Counted from the first letter of the stretch, positions 24,117-37,673 are shown. The stretch: DNA of 64,000 nucleotides from Neocallimastix sp. 'constans' (GCA_050613775.1 JBODTK010000131.1:186001-250000); one strand, 5' to 3'. A program made the numbers and translations. The notes: generated by a model from the letters alone, not told the origin.

Positions 24117-26247
24117 ATGGATTCATTTTTTTATAAAAGTAAAAAAGATTTGGAAAGAGAACTTCTTAATGGAATTATAAGGAACAATACTCAAGAAGTA
24201 AAAAATATTTTAGAATATTCAACAGAAAATAAAATTATATTGGAATTAAATAAAAAAGGTAGAGATGGATGGTATCCACTATCACGAGCCATATTTGAAG
24301 ATAATATTGAAATAGTTCAATTATTAATAGATTATTCCATTAAAAATAAAATTAGTTTGGAATTAAATGAAAAAAATAGTATTGATGGATATCCACTATT
24401 AGAAGCCATTTCAAATAATAATATTGAAATTGTTAAATTGTTAATAGATTACGCCAATAAACATAAAACTAGTTTGGAATTAAAAGATAAAAATAAATGT
24501 GGATGGTATCCAATTTTAGAAGCCACTTCTCATAATAATATTGAATTGGTTAAATTATTAATAAATTATGCCAAAGTAAATAATATTATTTTAGAGTTGA
24601 ATTGGAGTGACCAAAATGGATATTTTCCAATATTTTTTTCATTTAATTATAATAATATTGAAATGTTTAAAATATTGTTAAAGTATTCTATGGAAAAAAA
24701 ATTAAAATTAGTAATCAATGAAAATAATATTGAAGACTTAATTTCAAAAAAATATAACTTTGTAAATTTAAAGAGTATTTCAGATATCAAGGATGAATTT
24801 ATAAATTTAATCTGTTTATTTAAAAATAAAAATATAATTGAAGTAATATGTAGTGGAAATAGTTACTTATTGAAAAAGTTTAATGAATTTAATGAAAATG
24901 AAAAAAAGAAAAAACAAAATAATGATGGAAAGGAGAAAATTGAAAATGGAAATAAAAATAAAAAAAAAGGAAATAATATATTTAAACACACTAATAGGTA
25001 AATTTTAATATTATTAATATATACTTTTATTTTATTTTTTTTTTATTTTTTTAAATTATAATGATATATTCTATTTATTTTATTTTAAATATTTAAAACT
25101 TTAATAATTAATTCTATATTTTTTTTTTATTATTTTAATATACATAAATATGGTATTTTCATTATTTACATTTTATTTTTGTTTTAAAAAAAAAAAAAAA
25201 ATTGAAAGATCTTTATCAGATAGTTCAGATGAAAAAGTTTATTCAAAAAAAAGTTTAATGCCATTTGATACTATTTCCAATTATATAAAGCGTTCAATTT
25301 GTAAAATAGAGGTAAATGAAGATAATTGTATCAGCTTTGGTACAGGATTTTTTGTTGAAATTCCAATTCAATCAAGAAAACACTCATTGTACGGCTTAAT
25401 GACGAATAATCATGTATTAGGTGAAGAATATCTTAAACCTGGTAAAAAAATTGATATATATTTTCCTGATGATTATAATAAAAAATATTCATTATTAATA
25501 AACAATAAAGATTTTGTATTTACATCAGAATTAATGGATATTTCCTTTGTGGAAATAAATGAAAAAATGAAAAAAAATATTAATCCCTATTTTCTTCAAC
25601 CTAGTAATAAAGATGCTAAAATCCGTGATTCCATTATAATATTTCAATTTCCCGAAACAATATTTTCTATGGCCCATGGGACAATCATTTCTTCTCATGG
25701 TTTTAATTTCCATCATAATGCGTCCACTAATCATGGATCGTCCGGTGCTCCTCTTATGAATAGAGATTATAAAGTAGTAGGAGTTCATAAATCTTGGTTA
25801 ATTAAGTATGAAAGTAAAACTTTTGTGAATGTGGCTTTAAAATTCAGTGAGATTATATTTGCAATCCAAATATTACATAAATTTAGAAATGAAGAGGCTA
25901 GAAAATCGGTAAGACAATTAAATGATAAAGAAAAAGAAAAATTAGAAAGATATGGATTAAAATCTGAACTCTCCGATGAAATGGAAATCATAAAAAAATC
26001 ACTATTTCGATGTGATAAGTATGGAAACTCGTTATTATTTTATCGAACAAATTATACATGGTATATAACAGTCCTATCCAAATATAACAATAATTCAAAA
26101 TATAGATTAAAAGAATTAAAAAAATTAGATTGGTATCCTATAATTCCAGACAGTAATAAATTATATGATAATATTTTTTCAAAAATTAACAAAAAAGAAT
26201 ATAAATTAATTGAATGGTTAAAGTCAACAAAATTAATTTATCTATAA
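24117..26247 (+). CDS. Ankyrin-repeat plus trypsin-like serine protease fusion (predicted 2 exons, 24117-24997 and 25209-26247, about 639 aa)
   Basis: Exon 1 encodes an N-cap, 3 variable and 1 terminal 39-aa ankyrin repeats. A GTAAAT...AAG intron (24998-25208) joins the frames exactly (HTNR|SLSD). Exon 2 has GTGFF, TNNHV (His), MDISFVE (Asp), GSSGAP (Ser) and VVGVH. Confidence 0.8.
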
Positions 26248-26559
26248 ATTTCTTAATTGAAAAAAATTTTGATATGTAAGATTCTATAATTATTTTTTTT
26301 AATAAAATAATTATATTTTCTTAGTTAAGATATAATTAATATAAAATTTTATTTTAACTTTTATTACATTAATTCACTTAAATATAGTTAATAATATATT
26401 TAATATTATCTTAAAAACTTATTTAACTTCTATTATAATTTTATTTAAATAAATAGTCATTATAAATTATATGATTAAAACTGGTGTTAAAACTTTTTTT
26501 TTCGTATTTTTAAAGTTAGTAGGTAGTTATATTGGGTAATAAAAGAATTCATCGATGGA

Positions 26560-26740
26560 TGGATGGAATTCACGGTTAATAAGGAAAGGAGTTTCCTTTG
26601 TAGATTCATTAGTACAGTTATTATAAGCAAATTCAGTAAAGTAGATCCAATTAATCCAAGCCTCGTATCAATAATCAGCTCTTGAAAATGCTCTTAAATA
26701 TTGTTCAATGAAAGAATTAACATCTTTCAACTTGCCAGGA
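26560..26740 (-). pseudogene. Gypsy integrase core remnant
   Basis: The reverse strand reads VNSFIEQYLRAFS...WINWIYFTEFAYNNCTNESTKETPF, typical of gypsy integrase. Confidence 0.8.
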
Positions 26741-27108
26741 GTTGCCGAGAGTATCTAAAGTTTGGAGAAGACTATTTTTTCTATACCTATTTATTTTATT
26801 TCATCCATAGGACTGGCAAGAGTTCACATACTTTGTTATTGATTCATTTAATTTAAATAATAAAAAATTAAAAAAATAAATTAAATAAATTCACATACTT
26901 GGTTATTGATTCATTTAATTAAAAAAATAAAAAATTAAAAAAAATAAATTAAATAAAAAAAATTTTAAAATTAAAATATTTTTTTAGTTCAAATATTTTT
27001 TAATTTTTTTTTTAATTATTATAATTTTATTTAAAATAAAAAAAAAGGAACTAAAAAAAAATTTTTAATTATTATTAGTAGTATAAAAGGAAAAGAATAT
27101 CTTTTATG

Positions 27109-27154
<46 letters not shown>

Positions 27155-27945
27155 TTTTTTTTTAAATACTTAAAATAAATTAATAAATAAAAATTATTCA
27201 TAAATTATAAATAATTTTATTATTTAAAAGAAAATTTTTTTTTTTTTTTAATTTTCATTTTAAAATATTTTATTATTATATGAAGTTATATTCATTTTAT
27301 TATTCTATCTCTTTAAATAAAGTTTATTATGAAAGAAAAAGAAAAAATATTATAAAAAATAAAAAAAAAAATGATATATATAACTTGTATTATTACATTT
27401 ATATTTATTATTTATTTATTTATTTATTTATTTATTATTTATTATTTATAAAAAAAATAAAAAGAGTCAAAAATAATAATAGTTTATTAAATTTGTAAAT
27501 ATTATTTTAGTATAAATTATATATTATAATATATTACAATATATACATTCATTTAATTTAAATAATTAAAAATAAAAAAAAAAAAAAAAAATTTTTTTTT
27601 CTTGTTCCATTTTTTTTTTTATTAATTTTTTTTTTTTTTTTATTTTTTTTTTTTAAAGTTATTATAAAATTATTTTAATTTTATTATAAAATAAAAAATG
27701 GAATTAAAAAAAAAATTTGGAACTAAAAAAAAATTTTTTTTATTATAATTAATAGTTTAAAAGGAAAAGAAAATCTTTCTTTGAAAAAAAAAAACTTTTT
27801 TTTTTCTTTTTTTAAATACTTAAAATAAATAAATAAAAGAAAATTTAAAATAATAAATTAATCATAATATGTATATATATTTAATTTCATCTTTTGTAAG
27901 GAAATTCCATAAATAAAGAAAATAATAGAATTAAAATAAAAAAAA

Positions 27946-29203
27946 ATGCTAAAAATAAAAATTATATATCCGTTTTTTTATAAAAGTAAAAAAATTTGAA
28001 AAGAGCACTTCATAAAGAAATTAGAAATGACAATACTCAAAAAGTAAAAAATATTTTAGATTATGCTACAGAAAATAAATTTATTTTAGAATTAAATGAA
28101 AAAGATAAAGATGGATGGTATCCACTTTTAGATGCCATTTCTTGTTATAATAATAATATTGAAATGGTTAAATTGTTAATCGATTATGCCAATAAAAATA
28201 AAATAATTTTGGAATTAAATAAAAAAAATACTATTGGACTGTATCCACTTTTAAAAGCCATTTATTATGATAATATTGAAATAGTTAAATTGTTAATCGA
28301 TTAAGCCACTGAAAATAAAATTATTTTGGAATTGAATGAAAAAGAAAAATATGGAAAGAATCCACTTTTAGAAACTATTTTTAATGATAATATTAAAATG
28401 GTTAAATTATTAATTGATTATGCCAATAAAAATAAAATTATTTTGAAATTAAATGAAAAAAATATAATTGAATGGTATCCACTTTTACGTGCCACTCACC
28501 ATAATAATAATATTGAAATGGTTAAAGTATTAATTGATTATTCCAATAAAAATAAAATTATTTTGGAATTAAATGAAAAAGATGAATATGGATGTACGCC
28601 GATTTCTGAGTCAATACAAAATAATAATGTTGAAATGTTTAAATTGTTGGTTGAATATTCCATAGAAAAAGGAATAAAATTAAGAATTGATGAAAATAAT
28701 GTTGAAAAAGAGATTTCGGAAAAATTTTCATTTTGTAAATTAAAGAATATTTCAGAAATTAATTCTAAATTTATCGAATTAATCTATTTTTGTAAAAATA
28801 AAAATATAATTAAAGTAATATTCAGTAAAAACAGTTACTTTTTGAAAAGATTTAATGAAATTGATAATAATAAAAAAATAGAATATGGAAGTAATGATTA
28901 TGAGATTTTAGAAATCGAAAATGAATTAATGAAAATAAAATTGGAAAAGAAAAGAAAGATAAAAGAGGAAAAAGAAAACCAAAAATTGGAAATAAAGAAT
29001 TATATAATGGAAAAGATTAAAATAAAAGAGATAATAATGAGACCTTACTAACCTCTGAATGTAAACAAGGTAATATTGACAAAGTTAAAAAATTGATTCG
29101 GTATGGAATGAATATCAATAAGAAAAATAAAGATGGAGACACACCATTATTAATTGCATGTAAAAATGAAAATATAGAATTAGTTAAATATTTATTAAGT
29201 TAA
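27946..29203 (+). pseudogene. Ankyrin-repeat paralogue 2 (4 variable repeats), disrupted
   Basis: The usual ATG position reads ATA (about 27964); TAT>TAA stop at 28302-28304; frameshift near 29020; otherwise colinear with intact paralogues. Confidence 0.88.
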
Positions 29204-30776
29204 GTTATAATTTCATAAAATCCTTTTCTTTCCCTTCTCTTCATAATATCTTTTATTTATACAGTAGAATTTATTAAAATTTCTTTTATTGCTAATAATA
29301 ATGAAAAAATTTTTTTATTTTTTTTTTTTTTTTTTTTGTAATGAAATAATAATTAAAAAATGATATATATAAATATAATAAAATAAAAAAATAAGAACAA
29401 AAAATTAAATTAAATTTAAAAAAAAATCAAATTTAAAAAAAAATTTTTATTTTAAATTAAATATATATATATATCTATTTTTTTTATTTTTTATTTTGAT
29501 ATGTTGTTATTTAATAATTTTTTATAATTAAAATATTTAATTATAACTTTAAATATATAAATTTAATAGGTTTTTTTTTTTTTTTTAAATTTTATTTTAT
29601 TTTTTTTTATTTCATCTCATTTTGGTTTTATTTAATTGTTTATATTATTTTAATTCTTTTTTCTTTTAATCATTCACTTCGATAAATAAATATCCATGTA
29701 TATTTTTTTTTCTATTTTTTTGAAAAATTTCAAAGTGAGAAGATGTTTTTTCGATCTATTTTAGGTTGAAAACTTTACTATTATTTATTATTCAATTATT
29801 TTATTATTTCTTTCTATATAAAAATAAAAAGATTAAAAAGTTAAAAATAAATATTTATTATGTATTAAATATATATTATAATATATTATAATATATTTAT
29901 TTATTTAATTTAAATAATAAAAAAATAAAAAATTAAAAATTTTTTTTTTAGTTCCAAATTTTTTAATTATTATAATTTTATTTAAAAAAATAAAAATAAA
30001 AAAAAATGAAAATAAAAAAAAAATTGGAATTAAAAAAATTTTTTTTTTTTAAATTATTATTATTAATATAAAAGGATAAGAAAATGTTTTATGAAAAAAA
30101 AAATTTTTTTTAAATACATAATAAAATAAAAAATAAATAAATGAATAAATTAAAATTAATTGAAATGATAATTAATTTACAAGTAAAAACATAAAATTTA
30201 AATAATTTTCAACTCAATATTAAAAATATTTCATTTCAATTTTTTTATTTTTTTATTTTTTTTATTTAATTTTTTATTTTATTTTTTTATTTTATTATTT
30301 ATTATTTATTATTTATTATTTATTTATTTTTTGTTATTCAATTATTTAATTATTCAATTATTTAATTATTTATTATTTATTATTTATTATTTATTATTTA
30401 TTATTTATTATTTATTATTTATTATTTATTATTTATTATTTATTAATAAATACTCTTTTAATTATTTTTATGATTTATTATTAATTCTTAATCTTTTTTT
30501 TTATTTATGGACATAAATAGCAATTAAAAGATTTATTAAAAAAAATGGAACTAAAAAAATTTTTTATAAATTATTTTTATTAGTATAAAAAGAAAAGAAA
30601 ATTTTTCTTAAAAAAAAAAATTTTTTTTTTTAAATTCATAAAATAAATTAATAAAAAATAATAATAATAATACTATTAATAAATTATGAAAAAAAAAAAT
30701 TAAACATAAATTATATATAATTTCATTCTTTTATTAGAAACTTCAAAAAAAAAATATAAAAAAAAAATTTAAAATT

Positions 30777-32129
30777 ATGAATTCATCTATTGATAAAAGT
30801 AAAAAAGATTTGAAAGAAGAACTTAATAAGGAAATTATTTATGGCAATACTAAAGAAGTTAAAAAAATTTTAGATTATTCCACAGAAAATAAAATAATTT
30901 TGAATTTGAATGAAAAAGATGATATTGGAAGTTATCCACTTTTATATGAAACTTGGTGTAATAATATTGAAATAGTTCAATTGTTAATAGATTATGCCAC
31001 TGAAAATAAAATTATTTTGGAATTAAATGAAAAGGATAAATATGGATGGTATCCACTTATAAGAGCCACTGATAATAATAATACTGAAATGATTAAATTG
31101 TTAATAGATTATGCCACTGAAAATAAAATTATTTTAGAATTAAATGAAAAGGATAAATATGAATATTATCCACTTCTATATGCCACTTATTTTGATAATA
31201 TTGAAATAGTTCAATTGTTAATAGATTATGCCAATAAAAATAAAATTATTTTAAATTTGAACGAAAAAGGAAGATACGGATTTACTTCAATATTTTTGGC
31301 AATACAAAATAATAATATTGAAATAATTAAAATGTTGGTGAAATATTCCATAGAAAACGAAATAAAATTAAGAATTGATGAAAATGATATTGAAAAAATG
31401 ATTTCGGAAGAATATCTGCTTTGTAAATTAAATAATATTTCAGAAATAAATTCTAAATTTATAAAATTAATCTATTTTTATAAAAATAAAAATATAATTG
31501 AAGTAATATTCAGTGAAAACAGTTACTTTTTGAAAAAATTTAATGAATTTAATGAAAATAAAGGAATAGAAAATGAAAGTAGAAATTATGTCATATTAGA
31601 AATTGAAAATGAAATAATGAGAATAGAATTGGAAAAAGAAAAAAAAGAGAAAGAAAAAATAAAAAAAGAAAATGAAATAAAGAAAATAGAATTGGAAGAA
31701 GAAAAAAAGGAGAAAGAAAAAATAAAAAAAGAAAATGAAATAAAGAAAATAGAATTGGAAGAGGAAAAAAAGGAGAAAGAAAAAATAAAAAAAGAAAATG
31801 AAATAAAGAAAATAGAATTAGAAGAAGAAAAAAAGGAGAAAGAAAAAATAAAAAATGACTTGGAATTACTGAGAATAGAAAAAGAGAAAAAAGAAAAGAA
31901 AAAATTGGAAAAGAAGAATTATATAATTGAAAAAATTAAAAAGAAAAGAGATAATAATGAGACCTTATTAACTAATGAATGTAAACTAGGTAATATTGAA
32001 GAAGTTAAAAAATTAATTCATTATGGAATGAATATCAATAAGAAAAATAAAGATGGAGATACGTCATTATTAATTGCATGTAAAAATGGAAATATTGAAT
32101 TAATTAAATATTTATTAAGTGATAAATAA
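30777..32129 (+). CDS. Ankyrin-repeat/coiled-coil protein, paralogue 3 (450 aa, 3 variable repeats)
   Basis: Intact ORF: N-cap, 39-aa repeats, conserved linker, E/K coiled coil with 63-bp tandem units, and C-terminal canonical ankyrins (DGDTSLLIACKNGNIELIKYLL). Confidence 0.9.
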   Translation: MNSSIDKSKKDLKEELNKEIIYGNTKEVKKILDYSTENKIILNLNEKDDIGSYPLLYETWCNNIEIVQLLIDYATENKIILELNEKDKYGWYPLIRATDNNNTEMIKLLIDYATENKIILELNEKDKYEYYPLLYATYFDNIEIVQLLIDYANKNKIILNLNEKGRYGFTSIFLAIQNNNIEIIKMLVKYSIENEIKLRIDENDIEKMISEEYLLCKLNNISEINSKFIKLIYFYKNKNIIEVIFSENSYFLKKFNEFNENKGIENESRNYVILEIENEIMRIELEKEKKEKEKIKKENEIKKIELEEEKKEKEKIKKENEIKKIELEEEKKEKEKIKKENEIKKIELEEEKKEKEKIKNDLELLRIEKEKKEKKKLEKKNYIIEKIKKKRDNNETLLTNECKLGNIEEVKKLIHYGMNINKKNKDGDTSLLIACKNGNIELIKYLLSDK

Positions 32130-32679
32130 ATGAAAGTAAAAAATTAAAATATCATAAAATCCTTTTTTTCTCCTTTCTCTTTATAGTAAGAATATTTTAA
32201 TTATATTAATTAATATAAAAAAAACTATTTAGAAATTACCATTTTTTATCTTTAAAACAGAATTTATTAAAAATTATTAATAGTAATGAAAAAATGTTCT
32301 TTATATAAGATAAAAAAAAAAATTTTATTTTTTTTTTTTTTTATTTTTAAATATTTTTTTTTTTTTTAATTTTCAATTTAAAATATTTTGTTATTATATA
32401 CTGTTTTTTAATAATATAATTTATAATTAAAATATTTAATTTTAACTTTAAATATATAATTTTAATAATTTTTTAATTTTTTTTATATTTATTTTAATTT
32501 TTTGTTTTCATTTAATTTTTTATTATATTTTTAAATATTTTTTCTTTTTAATCATTACTTTCATTAAATATATATGTTTTTTTTTTATTTTTTAAAAATA
32601 TCAGATTAAAAAGATGATTTTGGATCTATTTTTTTTATTAATAACATTATCATTATAAATTTTGAATAATATGTAGTAA

Positions 32680-32718
<39 letters not shown>

Positions 32719-32941
32719 TATAAAAATTAAAATATATTGATATATAATAATAGTAATTTATTATTGATATAAATAAATAAAAAAAAATAAATATTATATA
32801 TTATTTTTGAAGTTTAATTTTATTTTTATATTAATTAAAAAATAAAATATTTCCAAAAAAAAAAAGAATTTTAAAATATATTTATTTATATTTGATAAAG
32901 TTAAAAAAATTCACTTTTCTTTTTAAGTTTCAATATAATGA

Positions 32942-34732
32942 ATACCTTACCTCGAAAGCTCGTGCAAACTTTAATGGTAAACTTTCAAAAGAATTTCCAA
33001 TACACCGTGGTGTTCGCCAAGGGTGTCCTCTCTCTCCTATTTTATTCAATATATTTATCAATGATATTTTTGATAAATGTAAAAGTTATGGTGTGATTAC
33101 TGAAAAGAAAAAGTGTTGTGGTGGATTATTTGCTGATGATATTGTATTATTAGCTCCTACAAAATCTTCACTTAAAAACCTTTTGAATATTGCTCATGAT
33201 TGGGGTATTAAAAATGAAATGACCTTTGGAATCAATAAATGCGCTACACTAGTTGTTAAACCAAAGAATTTTTTACCTTCAAGACATTATGAAAATCCTA
33301 CATTTAGACTTGGTATGAACTATATACCAAGCACTAATCAATATACATATCTTGGTATACCTTTTAATGAATCGTTGGATTTAAAACCTATTATTGCTAA
33401 GATGAATAGTAAAATTAATTATACAGTTAACTCTTTCTTTAGTTTTTTAACCAATAGGAATGTTCCTTTCTACTTTAAAACTCGTATACTAGTTTCTTTT
33501 GTCCTTAGTTCAGTTCTTTATTATGCTCCCTTACTTGGTTCAAATAAAAAGAATACTGAAAAAGCTCAAACTGCTTTTAATCGAGGTTTGTATTGGAGTT
33601 TCGGGTTTAAAAATAAAACCTCCAATACTTCAATTTACAATATGTCTAAGGAACTTTCTATACCTCCTATAGCTAGTTTTTGTGCTAAGGCGATGATTCG
33701 ATGCTTTAAAAAGTGGAAAGATTCTTCTTGTATTATTTCTCATTTAGTCAAAAATATACCTACACTTTCTCACTATTCTTGGACGAAAAAAGCACGGAGT
33801 TTAGCAGTACACAAGCACAATAATAAACTTCCTGGAGAAATAAGGAAATTTTATTTGGAAAATATTCATTATTCAAGCACTCCTGCGATCAGATCTACTA
33901 AATACAAGAAATTTAAATTTGGTTTTAAAAAATTTATTCAACGTCTATCACTTAAATATTCACAATTTTCTCTTGGATTTTTTTGGATTGGACGAATTAA
34001 ATGTGGATTCAAATTTGATGTAAAAACGTATGTTAAAAGTAATCTAGTATCAGAAAATTGCCCAATATACTGCCCTTGTTGTGGTGAGAGTAACAGCATA
34101 CCTAGTTTTACACACTGGATACTTTTATGTCCTAAATTTGAAGAATTTAGGCAACATTTCATTCCCTTTGTTGATGAAATTTTTATTAATTTTTCTCTTA
34201 TTGTTCATGAGAAATCATTGAACATTCCTGATGATAAAGAGGAAGATTTTGATGATAATATCAATTTTTACGTGCTGTGTCTCCTTCTTGGCGGAAATGC
34301 AGTATTTGAAATCTTAAAGATCGGCTCGGGGGAAAGAAGGCGATATATTAATAATATTTTTCAATCACCTTCGAACGAGTCTTCTTTCCCGATTTCATAT
34401 TTTGTGGGGCTTGCGGAATTCCTTACTAACGTTATGCCTATTGTGATTGGTGATTTTTACACCATGATCGATTTGTATAGTGTTAGACCTACCGTTGTCA
34501 AGAGCGTCGACGTCGTAACGATAAGGCAAAGAAGAAATTCTGATACAGATTCGAATGATAATTTTCATCTACATGGAGTTATCTTCGATGAATGGGAAGA
34601 GTTAGAGGCCTTTTCGTCCTCGAAGCTCATAACGTAGTTTTTTAATATTAATATAAAAAAAAATTTCATGTATTTAAACTTCATGTATTTTTTAAAAAAA
34701 AAAAAATATTATTAAATAAAGTTTTTTCCTAG

Positions 34733-34766
<34 letters not shown>
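32942..34766 (+). mobile_element. 5'-truncated LINE (RT C-terminal half, Cys-rich motif, 3' UTR, poly-A) with TSD
   Basis: RGVRQGCPLSPILFNIFIND, LFADD and YLG RT motifs; CPCC...HWILLCP motif; ATATAATGA direct repeat at 32933-32941 and 34768-34776. The N-terminus of ORF 32892 comes from flanking DNA. Confidence 0.95.
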
Positions 34767-34770
<4 letters not shown>

Positions 34771-36839
34771 TAATGAGTACTTCCAAGTTATATAAAATAT
34801 TTAATTTATGAAGAAGCACAAGCATCAATAATAGAAGATATCTGAAACTGACAAGAGAGAACACAATACTTATTATGGGATTACACACTTAACAATATGT
34901 CTTATTCACAGATATAACATCAAACATTAATAAGATTGTAGTTTTTTCTTTTTAAAAAGAGTAAATATAAAAAATCAATATAGTATTAAGTTTGATATTT
35001 TTTTTTTTTTTTTTTTTTTTAGTTCTTTTTTCTGATTAGACAATATTAAAATCAATAATATACAAAGTAATTATCAGAAGTTTGATAATCATTTACCTTT
35101 AATTATATTTAAAATGTATATTATTTATCAATAATATGATTATAATAATTCAAATTGACATAAAAAAAAAAAAAAGAAAAAAATTCTAACTAAAATAATT
35201 ATTATTTTTTTAATTTGAATAAACTAATTTTGTGAGAGAATGGGAAAGGTGACACTGAAAGGTGCTATGGTCCATACTGGTTGTAATAATAATTAAAAAA
35301 ATTCTCTTCAAAGTCTTGCTGGACTTTATATACATAGATAGATTTTTAATATTTACAATATAATAAAATCATAAAACTTTAAAATATTTCAAAATTAAAA
35401 TGAAAAAAACATTAAATTAAAAATAAAAAAATATACAATATATAAAATATATATATAATTATTATTAATTATTATTATTATTATTCCTGTATTAAAATAT
35501 AAATAATTATTAATAATAATTATTATTTTTAAATTGAAATTTATATTAGTAATGACATATTTATAATTCCAATATTAATAAATATATATATATATACATT
35601 TAAATATATATTTTTTTAATCATTACTAATATTATAATAATTTATTAATAAAAATATAATTGCTTTTATGGTTTTGATATATCTTATCAATTCAATTGAA
35701 AAAAAAAAAATTTTTTTATTAAAGATTTGAAATTTTTTTAAATTTCAACATTTATATATATAAATATGTTTTAAATTTTTTTTTACAATTAAATTAAAAA
35801 AAAAATATTTTTTAAATTTTATTAAAAAAACATTTTTTAGTTTTTATTCTTCTTTTTATTTTAAAAAATAAAATTATTTGAAAAAAAATTTTTTTTTCAA
35901 TATCTATAATAAATAAAATCAGTATTATCCACAGTAATTCTTGCTTTGCTTGAACATACACACTTTAACACCTAATTACCATAAATTTTAAGGTATATTA
36001 AAGAACTTTCTCTAAACTGTTTCCTATAACTTTTTCACCATGTGCATTTGCTTCAGAACCAAAAGTATACATAATATAATGAATTGCCATGCTTTACCTC
36101 AGACTTTGGTACAAATTTTGTATATTCATAACAATTCGTTCCATAATTTCTTTTCCCTTACAAAAGATTTTAGAGAAAATTTATTAGTTAATTATTCATT
36201 ATTTATTATTTATTTATTATTCAATTATTATTTATTTATTATTTATTATTTATTATTTATTTAGTTATTATTTAATATTTATTTATTATTTATTTATTAT
36301 TTATTATTTATTTATTATTTATTATTTATTTATTATTTATTATTCAATTATTATTTATTATTCAATTGTTTATTATTTATTAATAAATACTCTTTTAATT
36401 ATTTTTATTATTTATTATTCATTATTTATTATTTATTAATATATACTCTTTTAATTATTTTTATGATTTGTTATTAATTCTTTATCTTTTTTTTTTTTAT
36501 TTATGGACATAAATAGCAATTAAAAGAATTTAAAATAAAAATAATTTATTAAATATGTAAATATTTTAATATATCTTGTAATGTATTATAATATATTTAT
36601 TTATTTATTGATATAAAATTCAATAAAAGAGTTTAAAATAATATTAATTTATAATATATGTAAATAATACTTTAATATATATTATATATAATAATAATAT
36701 ATTACATTATATTTATTCATTTAATTTAAATAATTAAAAAAGAAATAAAAAAATTAAAAAAACTAAAATTTTTTGATTTTAGGACCAAATTTTTGAATTT
36801 TTTTTTTAATTACTTAAATAATTTAAAAATTAAAAAAAA

Positions 36840-37673
36840 ATGGAAAATAAAATTATTTTGAATTTGAATGAAAAAAATAAATATGGAGAGTATCCACTTT
36901 TATATGCTATTTATTACAATAATATTAAAATGGTTCAATTGTTAATCGATTATGCAACTGAAAATAAAATTATTTTAGAATTAAATGAAAAAAATAAAGA
37001 TGGATTTACCCCAATATTTGGGGCAATACAAAATAATAATATTGAAATGTTTAAATTGTTAGTGGAATATTCCATAGAAAAAGGAATTAAATTAAGAATT
37101 GATGAAAATGATATTGAAAAAGTGATTTCGGATTTTTTTTCATTTTGTAAATTAAAAAATATTTCAGAAATTAATTCTAAATTTATCAAATTAATCAATT
37201 TTTGTAAAAATAAAAATATAATTGAAGTAATATTCAGCAGAAACAGTTACTTTTTGAAAAAATTTAATGAAATTAATAAGAATAAAGGAATAGAAAATGA
37301 AAGTAAGAAATATAAAGTATTAGAAATTGAAAATGAAATAAAGAAAATAGAATTGGAAAAAGAAATAAAGGAGAAAGAAAAAATAAAAAATGACTTGGAA
37401 TTACTGAGAATAGAAAAAGAGAAAAAAGAAAAGAAAAAATTGGAAAAGAAGAATTATATAATTGAAAAAATTAAAAAGAAAAGAGATAATAATGAAACCT
37501 TATTAACCTCTGAATGTAAACTAGGTAATATTGAAGAAATTAAAAAATTAATTCATTGTAGAATGAATATCAATAAGAAAAATAAAGATGGAGACACACC
37601 ATTATTAATTGCATGTAAAAATGGAAATATAGAATTAGTTAAATATTTATTAAGTTGCGTTATAATTTCATAA
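36840..37673 (+). CDS. Ankyrin-repeat paralogue 4, 5'-deleted (277 aa, 1 variable repeat)
   Basis: Open frame that lacks the N-cap; its ATG comes from the upstream AAATGGAA motif. May be a pseudogene. Confidence 0.7.
   Translation: MENKIILNLNEKNKYGEYPLLYAIYYNNIKMVQLLIDYATENKIILELNEKNKDGFTPIFGAIQNNNIEMFKLLVEYSIEKGIKLRIDENDIEKVISDFFSFCKLKNISEINSKFIKLINFCKNKNIIEVIFSRNSYFLKKFNEINKNKGIENESKKYKVLEIENEIKKIELEKEIKEKEKIKNDLELLRIEKEKKEKKKLEKKNYIIEKIKKKRDNNETLLTSECKLGNIEEIKKLIHCRMNINKKNKDGDTPLLIACKNGNIELVKYLLSCVIIS

Noticed and set aside
25150..25208. MVFSLFTFYFCF as a signal peptide of a stand-alone protease
   Set aside because: It lies in the predicted intron (T-rich then poly-A tract before the AG) and is too short for a convincing signal peptide.
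35925..36180. Coding-like GC-richer patch (similar patches at about 2210-2350, 13290-13500, 14570-14620 and 35230-35330)
   Set aside because: The frames I translated gave only short or interrupted peptides with no recognisable motif; probably very old gene or transposon debris.
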